From positions 3,906,001-3,970,000 of the forward strand of contig JBHGNT010000018.1 of NCBI GenBank assembly GCA_043228905.1: DNA of 64,000 nucleotides, in the 5' to 3' direction. The notes beneath the pieces were generated by a model. The model was not told the DNA's origin and made no database searches. It saw only the letters and a list, made by a program, of their open reading frames with translations. The position numbers and the translations under genes are program-made. This stretch comes from Azolla caroliniana. Taxonomy: Eukaryota; Plantae; Polypodiophyta. Shown here piece after piece: positions 43,850 through 53,500 of the stretch; position 1 is the first letter of the stretch; each line of letters opens with the position of its first letter.

Positions 43850-44590
43850 TTAGAGCGAAATCTAGATTAGATGCCATAAACACTTCATCCTCGAAAGGAA
43901 CCTTTCACATTGCTAACAGTCTGCTTTACCATAATGGAAATGTTTGCATCCCTAATTTGCTTGAGGTAAAAAAGAAAATTCTTTTTGAATGTCATAACTC
44001 ACCGTGACGAGGGAATCCTAAGAATATTGTACACGTGTTATTATCTCTACTCAAATTTTTTGGCCTCAAATGCATCCTAATGTTGAAGATTATGCGATTA
44101 AATGTCATCAATGTCAATTTAGTAAGGCTCAACAACTTAAGGCTACATGTCTTTTACATCCTTCAGATATTCCTAATAACAAGTCGGAAAGTATATTAAT
44201 GGATTTCATTGTTAGTTACCACGCACTAAAAAAAGGTCATTATTCTATTTGGGTGGTTGTTAATAGATTAACAAAAATGGCCAGATTCATTCCAACGAAA
44301 TCCACAGTGACAACTCAAGACTTGGCTTATCAAATTGTCAATGAGCTATTCGATTCAACGGGTTACCGATGGATATAGTGAGTGACAGAGATACTAAGTT
44401 TACCAATGATTTTTGGATGCAAGTCTTTAAGAAACTAGAATCTACGTTGAGAATGAGTCTCATAGATCACCCTCAGCCTCATGGACAAACAAAAGGAGTT
44501 AATAAGATCATTGAGGATATGCTTCGAGGATATGTGGGTAGGAAGCCTGCTAAATAAATGGGAACACTTTCTTCCTATTTTGGAGTTTAC
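43850..44590 (+). mobile_element. Ty3/gypsy integrase fragment
   Basis: VEDYAIKCHQCQ, ESILMDFIV, IWVVVNRLTKMARFIP, IVSDRDTKF, HPQPHGQT, W...LPILEF; frameshifted and cut off at the microsatellite. Confidence 0.85.
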
Positions 44591-44632
44591 ATACACACAC
44601 ACACACATACATACATACATACATACATACAT

Positions 44633-44668
<36 letters not shown>

Positions 44669-45037
44669 GTACTCATGCACACACACACATACATTCACAT
44701 ACATACATACACACACACACATACATTCACATACATACATATACACACACACATACATATATACATACAATGATACATACATAACATTCACACATACATA
44801 CATATATACATACATACATAACATTCACACATACATACATGCACACACACGTACACACACATGTACATACATACATATATACATACATACATACACATGT
44901 ACATACATACATACATACACACACACACATACATACATATATACATACATACATAACATTCACACATACATACACACACATACATACATGCACACACATG
45001 TACATACATACATACACACATACATACATACATTCAC

Positions 45038-45070
<33 letters not shown>

Positions 45071-45182
45071 TACATACGAGTGTGAGTGAGTGAGTGAGTG
45101 TGTATATGTATGTGTGTATACGTACATGCATAGTACATATGTATGTATGTATGTATGTATGTATAGTAATAACATCATCGTC

Positions 45183-45212
<30 letters not shown>
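44588..45212. repeat. Long compound (CA)n/(CATA)n microsatellite, switching to (TG/TATG)n, then (CT)n
   Basis: Directly visible; explains the HT/YI/CV-rich spurious ORFs. Confidence 0.95.
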
Positions 45213-45213
<1 letters not shown>

Positions 45214-45730
45214 ACGGCTCTTTCTGCCGTTGTCGCCGCCGTCTACTGCCGTCGCCGCCGCCGTCGTCTGCAGCCGCCATCGTTGCCTACTGTTGCCTCC
45301 GTTTTCTGCCGCTGACGTCTGCAGACTGTCGCCGTCGCCGTCATCTGCAACTACTGTCTGCTGCCGCCGTCGTCTGCAACTGTTGTCTGCTGCCGTCGTC
45401 GTCTGCAACCGCTGTCAGCCGCCGTCTGTTGCCGCTGCCGACTGTCGCCGTCCGCCGTCGTCTGACGTTTAACGTTTGCCGCCGTCGCCGTCGTCGTCGG
45501 TTCTTGGCCATCGTCGTCACCCGTCGCTGTTGTGGGTAATCGGTGCCCTTGTCGCCGTCGTTGTTGTCATCGTTGTCGACCGTCGCTATCACCTACACCT
45601 CTTACGGCGTCGTGACGAGAGAGTACAAATGTGCTTCTACACTTGTACCTAGCGCGCAAGACATCGATGCTCGGCTAAGTTTTTTCTGCCCTTTTTGACT
45701 TTTTCTTTCGTTTATTCTTTGAATTACAAC

Positions 45731-46522
45731 ATGACTTCTCGACGAAACCATAAGGAAACACACGACGAAATGATAAGTAAGGAAGAATTTTTAGATGTCC
45801 TTAACCGGTTAGTAAAATTTGAAAAATGGGCGAAAGAAATTGAAGCTGAAAAACAAAAAGATAAGGAAGAAAAAGAACTACTTTTTGCGGAAATAGCGAA
45901 ACTTAAGGTAGACAATGTGAACCTCCGAAAACAAGTTAAGGACCTCGAGATATCTAGGGAAGATGGTGAAATATCTTCCCTAGAGGATATTAAGGACGAG
46001 ATAAAAAAGGTTAAAGAAGAGGTTAAAAGTGATATGGAATTAGCTAAAACTGGGTGGGTTGATGTAGTAAAACGTAATATTAAAAAAGAACTAAAGGATG
46101 AAAACATTGTAAACACTACCCTCGAGGAAGAAAAAATGCGTCAAGCTCGACGCCTAAATGTACGAGTTACTAGGCTCAAGGAAGGGGCATCTCCGGATGA
46201 AGATGCACAAACATTAGGGAAAATGTTAGGGTACGAAGCCCTACCAATCACTAAAACCTGGAGGGTAGGGCGTGACACAACTAGGAAAAGAGCTTTAGTC
46301 CTTCAGTTTAAGGACTCAGAATCTAGAATCGCCTTTTTTAAAAAGAGACCAATTCTTCGAGGCTTGGGCGGGGAGCCTATCTACCTCGATGAAGACTTGA
46401 CCAAGATGCAAATTGAGCATCGTAAAACTTGTATGCCGCGAGTCATACAAGCTCGTAAAGAGGGGCATCGTGCTTTCTACCGGGACGGACGTGTCATAAT
46501 AAATGATCGTGCCGCCAATTGA
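45731..46522 (+). CDS. LINE ORF1 protein (coiled coil plus RRM/CTD-like region)
   Basis: ATG at 45731; E/K-rich heptads then RRLNVRV...RVG...LVLQF...IYLDEDLT...R...G..AFYRDGRVIIN, the usual LINE ORF1 pattern. Confidence 0.8.
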   Translation: MTSRRNHKETHDEMISKEEFLDVLNRLVKFEKWAKEIEAEKQKDKEEKELLFAEIAKLKVDNVNLRKQVKDLEISREDGEISSLEDIKDEIKKVKEEVKSDMELAKTGWVDVVKRNIKKELKDENIVNTTLEEEKMRQARRLNVRVTRLKEGASPDEDAQTLGKMLGYEALPITKTWRVGRDTTRKRALVLQFKDSESRIAFFKKRPILRGLGGEPIYLDEDLTKMQIEHRKTCMPRVIQARKEGHRAFYRDGRVIINDRAAN

Positions 46523-49500
46523 CGGCGTGTGGCCCATGTGACAGATAATAAACTTAGGATCACTTTATGGAACTGTAACGGCGCACTTTGGACACATCCT
46601 GGCCGTCTAGAGGAGATTTTGAAAGTATCTGATATACTTTTTGTAGTAGAAACACATCAAAGCCCAAATCGAGGACTGCCACGAGTTGACGGTTTTCGTT
46701 GGGAATCTGTCTTTAGACAAACCTCACGTCGACACACTACTAGAGGGTCTGGGGGGGTTGCGATATTATTTCGGAAAGAGATAAATAATAGGATAGAAAT
46801 ACTAAAGTCAGACCCAGAAGCCCGTTTTATGTGGGTGAAAGTCCTCACTAGTAAGGATCAGGTGATATTTATCGCAGTTTGTTACTTCCCCCCGAAAGGG
46901 TCCCGCTACAATATGGCTGGAGAGGCGAGTATAGTTGATGAAGGAACGCCACATGGGCCTTCTCCATACGAACCTTTGTCGGATGACATAATCCGATATT
47001 CTTCTCAAGGGGAAGTCTTCCTGGTAGGAGATTTCAATGCGAGAACCCAGTCCCGACAATGCACAATATTTCAGATGGATAGAAACCTAGAAATGGTGAA
47101 TGTCGACCCTTTAGCCTTAGGCATAACACGTACATCGAAGGATCAAGGTGCGGATGCCACAAGCTTTGGCCATCATCTGCTTGAACTTGGAAGCCGACAC
47201 CAGATGATCATATATAATGGCTTAGCCAAGTGGCCGGGCTCGGAAGAGCTCACATGTTTCCCACATGGAGGAGGGGAAAGCACCGTTGATTATCTAATAG
47301 GACGCCCTGAAGCTACCCACATGGTTAGCTCCTTCCGGGTGGCCCCATGCCCCATTGGGGCAGACCATACCTTCCTATACTTTGAGCTAAAATGTGACAC
47401 CTCCCACACCACCAACTCTAGTAAACCAGCCCATCACACTATAATACATTTCACGCATGAGCTCGCGGACATCTACTCTCGACATGTTCAAGCCCATCTT
47501 TCCTCGTTTGATTCTTCCTTGCCTTTAGAGAACCTCACTACAGAACTCACACACATCCTTCACTCAGCCGCCACTAGTAGCTTCCCATACACGAAAGACT
47601 CCAATCATAGTAGAATAGGGTCTATGCCACAAAACAAGTGGTATGACGAGGATTGTAGAGAGTTGTATAGACAACTTAAAGTATCGCGACTCAGTGGTAC
47701 TATCTCCTTAGTACAGGCCCGCAAAGAGATGCGCAAGATGACACGTCGTAAAAGACGAGCTTGGGAAGCATCTCAATATTGGGAACTCTACCATATGCTC
47801 ATGAGTAGGGATTGTGCCCTTGCATGGAAGAGACTACGGGAACCGAGACCACAAACACCCATCGAGGATCCAAATATTTGGCACACATATACCGAGAGAC
47901 TCTACCATGTCCCGAACCAACCACCTATTCCAATGCCCTCCACACCTCGACCTACCATGGGGACACTTTTCACGACCTCTAGGGTCACGAAGGTCATAAA
48001 AAAATTACAACATAGGAAATCCATGGACCACACAGGATTGCGAGCCGAGCACATCATATATGCTCGAGAGTGCCTAGCTCCCCTTCTCACTCTAATCTTC
48101 AACCGCGCCCTCGCCGAGGGTTTTCCACCACAATGGGCCATGAACACTGTGGCCCCTATACATAAAGGAGGGGACCCAATGGACCCAAATACATATAGGA
48201 CCATTATGATAGGTCATACGCTTGCTAAACTATATGGTGCAGTAATGGAAGCGGAGCTCAGTGATTATATGGAAACATTAAGTCTTCGAGCACCTGAGCA
48301 GGCTGGCTTTAGACGAGCCTTCTCCACTATTGACCACATCTTCACACTTAGGTGCTTAATTGACCAAACAAAGGCTCGTAAGAAGAAACTATATTGTTGC
48401 TTTGTGGACTTTCGCAAAGCCTTTGATACAGTTCCTAGGGAGAGGTTGTTTGATAGACTTAAGAGCTTGGAGATACCAAATGACATGATTTGGGCCATTT
48501 ATGCCCTATATGAGCAAGTCTGTGGGCGCGTAAGATGCCCAGGTGGCCTATCCGATTGTTTCACTAGCACCATTGGTGTAAAACAGGGTTGCCCCCTATC
48601 ACCGACTCTTTTTGGGATCTACATTGATGAGATCACTGATTTTATTGCTCGTAAGGGAGGCATAGGAGTGGCTATTGGGGATACGCAAGTTAGTCTCTTA
48701 CTCTACGCAGACGACATTGTCTTGCTCTCGGAGTCGGAACACGACCTACAAAAGCATCTTAATGCCCTAGATGACTTTTGTACACAACGAGGACTGGTAG
48801 TGAATCTAGCGAAAACTAAAGTCCTTATCTTTCATACATCGTCCAGAGTTAGGAGTAAATGTCACCTCACCCTCTCTCATAAACTAGTTGAGGTGGTGGG
48901 ATCTTATGTATACTTGGGAGTCACTTTTAGTGCTCGCTCAGGTAAATTCTCGATGACCCAGGCAGCCAAAGATAGGCTAACGAGAGGATATGCATCCCTC
49001 TCACTCTTAGAGAGACAATGCCACCAAGCATACTTTCAAGAGCCACGGACTAAGGGATGGCTTTTCGACTCATTAGTGACCCCGTCCCTCATGTATGCAT
49101 CAGTAGTATGGGCTCCAGGTCTACCATCTTTCATGTGGACGCAATTGGAGAGACCTTTAGTGGTGATGTTATCACGTCAACTCCGAAGCAAATCGACAGT
49201 ACCACATGACATTATTAGAGCGGAGTTTAGCCTACCCCCGATGTTAGTAGAAGCACTCTTTCAAGTGGTAGCTTTTATTCATCGGATACATAGTCAACCA
49301 CAAGATAGGATATCCCATCGAGCCTTTGAGGCATCCCGATCCTCACATGTGTCTGGAGACACTAACTCTTGGTATAGCATTGTGGTGAGTTGGTTATTTG
49401 CAAATGGCATAGACATTAATAACCTACCTCCCCTTAAGTACAACCATGGGACTGATCAAACTTTAATCTCTCGTGAAGATCGTAATAAAGTGATACGCCA

Positions 49501-50272
49501 AGAAATATGGCAAATCTACACTCGATACAAATGGATCACCCCACGAGAGCCACTCCCATCTAAAATGGTGTACTATAAGGAACACTTCTTGCACTTCTCT
49601 AAGTTAGGGTTTATTACACGACCAAGATACCTAGATACTTTCTTATCAAATGCACTAAGGGTGGCCATTGGACAACTTAGGATATCATCTCACCAACTTG
49701 AGATTGAGAATGGTCGAGCTAATAGAGTCCCTAGAGAGGAAAGGCTATGTAGGTTATGCCACATAGAGATAGAGGATGAGTATCACTTCACATGCAAGTG
49801 CCCAACTTATGCCGAGATACGGGCGGAATACCAAGACATACTAGGACCCTCTCCCACCCTCTCCAAACTATTAGATACCCCGAGTGTAAAGAGACTAGGT
49901 AGGTATATCTTAGAGCTAAAACAACATAGGGAGGATAAATTACAAAGTGTTAATCATAACCCTTTTACTACTCATCAACATGTACCTAGTGTAATTTTTC
50001 AGGAACATGGGGAGACGATGAATGTGGATACACTTATGCCGCTCGGCCTCTCCCTTGAGGAAGCAGAAATACAAAGAGCAACCAAACGTCCTCGGATGTT
50101 GGGCTTCAACACAAGTCAACGTGGAGTAGAAAAGATTAAGAAGATAAGGGAACGTGAGCTACGTCGACTCGAAGCTATGGTTGGGGTACCTCTTACATGG
50201 GGACCACGGGCCACATCCACATGGCAACCCTTTGACGCCCCGCTTCTCTTCGAGAGACTTGGATGGAAATGA
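46523..50272 (+). CDS. LINE ORF2: AP endonuclease, reverse transcriptase and C-terminal Cys/His domain; no AUG start
   Basis: WNCNG, VETH, GGVA, GDFNAR, STVDY, ADH (APE); YRTI, QAGFR, FVDFRKAFDTV, GVKQGCPLSPTLF, LLYADD, YVYLG (RT); SSHQLEIENGR...RLCRLC..IEDEYHF..C. Confidence 0.95.
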   Translation, partial: RRVAHVTDNKLRITLWNCNGALWTHPGRLEEILKVSDILFVVETHQSPNRGLPRVDGFRWESVFRQTSRRHTTRGSGGVAILFRKEINNRIEILKSDPEARFMWVKVLTSKDQVIFIAVCYFPPKGSRYNMAGEASIVDEGTPHGPSPYEPLSDDIIRYSSQGEVFLVGDFNARTQSRQCTIFQMDRNLEMVNVDPLALGITRTSKDQGADATSFGHHLLELGSRHQMIIYNGLAKWPGSEELTCFPHGGGESTVDYLIGRPEATHMVSSFRVAPCPIGADHTFLYFELKCDTSHTTNSSKPAHHTIIHFTHELADIYSRHVQAHLSSFDSSLPLENLTTELTHILHSAATSSFPYTKDSNHSRIGSMPQNKWYDEDCRELYRQLKVSRLSGTISLVQARKEMRKMTRRKRRAWEASQYWELYHMLMSRDCALAWKRLREPRPQTPIEDPNIWHTYTERLYHVPNQPPIPMPSTPRPTMGTLFTTSRVTKVIKKLQHRKSMDHTGLRAEHIIYARECLAPLLTLIFNRALAEGFPPQWAMNTVAPIHKGGDPMDPNTYRTIMIGHTLAKLYGAVMEAELSDYMETLSLRAPEQAGFRRAFSTIDHIFTLRCLIDQTKARKKKLYCCFVDFRKAFDTVPRERLFDRLKSLEIPNDMIWAIYALYEQVCGRVRCPGGLSDCFTSTIGVKQGCPLSPTLFGIYIDEITDFIARKGGIGVAIGDTQVSLLLYADDIVLLSESEHDLQKHLNALDDFCTQRGLVVNLAKTKVLIFHTSSRVRSKCHLTLSHKLVEVVGSYVYLGVTFSARSGKFSMTQAAKDRLTRGYASLSLLERQCHQAYFQEPRTKGWLFDSLVTPSLMYASVVWAPGLPSFMWTQLERPLVVMLSRQLRSKSTVPHDIIRAEFSLPPMLVEALFQVVAFIHRIHSQPQDRISHRAFEASRSSHVSGDTNSWYSIVVSWLFANGIDINNLPPLKYNHGTDQTLISREDRNKVIRQEIWQIYTRYKWITPREPLPSKMVYYKEHFLHFSKLGFITRPRYLDTFLSNALRVAIGQLRISSHQLEIENGRANRVPREERLCRLCHIEIEDEYHFTCKCPTYAEIRAEYQDILGPSPTLSKLLDTPSVKRLGRYILELKQHREDKLQSVNHNPFTTHQHVPSVIFQEHGETMNVDTLMPLGLSLEEAEIQRATKRPRMLGFNTSQRGVEKIKKIRERELRRLEAMVGVPLTWGPRATSTWQPFDAPLLFERLGWK

Positions 50273-50554
50273 AATTAGGCCTAGTATAGAATCATTCTCA
50301 TTGTAGAACATGTTTTTTATATAGAACATGTTTGTTGTTTTCTTAGAACTATTTAGCTTAAACTCTATTTTATCTTATTTTTATTTTTACTTTCGATGAA
50401 TGGGTAAATATCCCATTTTTGTTGTACACCATTTGTCTCATGGGCCAATTTTGGCCTTAGAAGACGTTAATATATCTTTCTTTCTTTCTGCTCAAAATAC
50501 AAAACAAAAACAAAACAAATAAAGAGAATACAGTGAGTGAAGTAAGTCTGCTTC

Positions 50555-50584
<30 letters not shown>
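50555..50584. repeat. (GTCT)n microsatellite in the presumed 5' UTR of the HD gene
   Basis: Directly visible. Confidence 0.9.
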
Positions 50585-50585
<1 letters not shown>

Positions 50586-50599
50586 GCTGTCAGTCCGTC

Positions 50600-53500
50600 A
50601 TGGCTGCTAGCAGCCGTGCTGTTTCTCTGCTCTCCTCCTCCTCCTCTTCTTCTTCTGCCTCCTCTCCCTCTTCTTCTTTCTCCTCCCTCCTTTCTCCATC
50701 ACTATCCTCCTCCTCTTCATCCTGTCCCCCTCTTCCTACTACCTCTTCTTCGTTTTCGTCTGCTTCTTCTTCTTCTTCTTCGACTTCAGCTAAAGCTTGC
50801 CTTGATTCCGTTCCTCCTTCTCAGTCTTCCTTCCCGTTCAGGAACGGAAAGGGAAACTCCAACGGGAGCGGGCCGCGTCAGAGACACGGAGATCTTCCGA
50901 TCCCTGCCATGGCATCATCTGATGCTGCGCATCTCTCCAGTGGCCTTGCTGCACCGACTTCTGCTTCTTCCGCCATTGATTTCCTCATGCTTTGCCAGAG
51001 TTTAAAGGTACGCTTTCTTATGTATTCTTCTAGGAAGCGGATGACTCGCATCATCTAGGAAACGGATAGGTTATTGCCATCTTTCTTCCAAGAAACAATG
51101 AATTCTTCCAGGTAAAGGATCGATCACATCTTCTAGGGACGGGTAGGTTATTATTATCATTCCTCCACGAAATGGACGGATTATTATCACTTCTAGGAAA
51201 TGGGATTGATTATATTTATCTAAAAAACGAATCCATTACATCCATCTATAGCAAACGGATTCATCTACCAGGTTTCTGCTAAATGCAACTGGTACATCTT
51301 TCTAGAGGAAAAAGATCAAATCTTGTTGATGTCCAGTCCGATGGTAAAGTTGTAAGGTATGAGTTACTCTTTCAACTGTGATGAAATGAGAATTTTATGC
51401 AATTAAAAGATCACCGAATAATTTTGTTTAGCAACGAGATCACTTACATCTATATAGAGCAAAAGAACAATATTTGTTGAATATTTCATGAAAGTATTCG
51501 ATCAATCCAATGACAATGTGATAAATAGCAGTTAAGATTTCATCTCTCATGAATTGATCATTAATAATTTTCTGTAGCATATTTGCAACGACTTTATCAA
51601 TGTACAGCAGAAATCAGGCGTCCATGGAAACTGTTGTAATGAGTTATGTCTACAGAAGCAGTAAAAAAAGGACCTAATGTCTTCTTGGTGAATCAACAAT
51701 TTTATGACGTACATTGGACTGAGATGTCTGAAACTGTAGTATGCTTGCATACGAACTTTGCTTAAATTAACGATGATGGAAACTAATCATTTAGAAGATA
51801 GGAAAAGGAGCGGTGCAAAAACTACAGCCAATATGTCTGTTGAAGAGTAGCACGGTACAGAATCCATGTTTTGGACTTGTAGTGCGTGCCTATGTTAAAT
51901 CGTAATATATGCAGCTATATAAGGCAACTGATCAAGTTTGTTAACATTGTTAATAAGGAAGCCTTCACCATGGTCACAACGTCATGGATTTTAAAAGAAC
52001 ATAACTGTTTTGGATTCATCCTCAAACAAAGCTGTGCACATTGCTCCATGAATCCTAAGAACAAGCTCAGTTGTATGCAGAGCACTGCATGATTTATTTA
52101 CGAACTTGTCAAGTGTATTGACCTGGTTTTTTATTATATAATCTCATTTGAAAGGGAAAAACCTCAAGAATACTCGCATCCATCTAAATCTGGTTTACAA
52201 TCAGATAAGAGAAGTGATTACGGTCTTTAGCTTTTCATCCATTCTCGTGACATTAAATGATTGGTCTGGAAGAGAGGTAACCATGGTCCTTAGTTTGTTA
52301 TCTAAGCAATTGCATGATTGCACGCTTTTAGCTGTACCAATTCATCTGAATCAAAAAACATAAACGTACCCACGTGTCATCTATGTCTGCTGGTATTTGG
52401 CTTATCATCCATTCACATGCCAAGAGAAAGCAAATTCAACACCATTGCTTCAATATGACTCAGTTCACATTCTCTCCAATCTGGGATGGGGCATTGGGGG
52501 CATAGGTGATGAGAATCATCAGCTATGCATATTTTGTCTTGAACAAGTTTAGAAGTTAAGATTTTCACACTTCGATATGATGCATTGCTTTTGGCCACAT
52601 TTGAGATTGCTTTCCACACATTGTCGATGTAATCCACTCCCAACACACATTCTAGTCACATTCACGATGTGCATCTCAATTGTAGCGTTCATTCGTAAAA
52701 TTCTTTTCTGAGACACTACATAATATTTTTGGTCCTATGTCATATTTGACCACCAAGAATGAAAGTAAAAACTATCTATCTATTTATCTCCATCTTGGAT
52801 TTGCTTGCATTGGAGTTCATTAATGGCAAAAGTTTTAGTCCAACTACTCAATTTCAGACCTTCTCTGTAAAAATGATTAAGTTCTGGTCCTATATGTCAT
52901 AATTGACCTCTGAGAATGACAGCAAAAACTATCTAACTATTTATCTCCATCTTGGATTTGCTTGCGTTGGAGTTCATTGAAGGCAAAAGTTTTAGTCCAA
53001 CTACTCGATTTCACACCGTCTATGTAAAAATGATTAAGTTCTGGTTCTATATGTCATATTTGACCTCCGAGAATGATAGTAAAAACTATCTATCTATTTA
53101 TCTCCATCTTGGATCTGCTTGTGTTGTAGTTCTTTTGAGGTCAGGATTTATAGTGTAGATAATAAAACTCTTTCCTACCATATATTTAGCTATATTGATT
53201 TATTTCGGTCTATAATACCTCGTTTGTTCTCATACACCATGTTAGCATATTAAAATCTCTCTCTCTCGATGGTAGCGCTAAAAGGATGCACAAGGCACCC
53301 AAAATACATGTTCCATCAGAGGTCGAAGAGGGGAAAGATGACATCTTATGTCATTTGATTACACAAGATCTCAATTGTATGAGAGATGATGTAGAAAGAG
53401 TTTTAAGAGAGTAAATGCAAAAGGAGATAGAGAAACAGAAAATAGAGTTGAATGCCTCTTTCAAGATGGAGTTATGAGAAGCCACACAAAACGACATCAC

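Larger units (their letters stand above)
45213..50489 (+). mobile_element. Apparently intact two-ORF non-LTR retrotransposon (RTEX-like LINE); GC-rich (GCC/GTC)n leader (5' boundary uncertain), (TTTC)n tail
   Basis: Uninterrupted ORF1 and ORF2; 3' end TAATATATCTTTCTTTCTTTCT is shared with the copy at 18224. No TSD identified. Confidence 0.9.

Noticed and set aside
44435-45592. His/Thr-, Cys/Val- and Arg-rich ORFs
   Set aside because: Artefacts of microsatellite and trinucleotide repeats.
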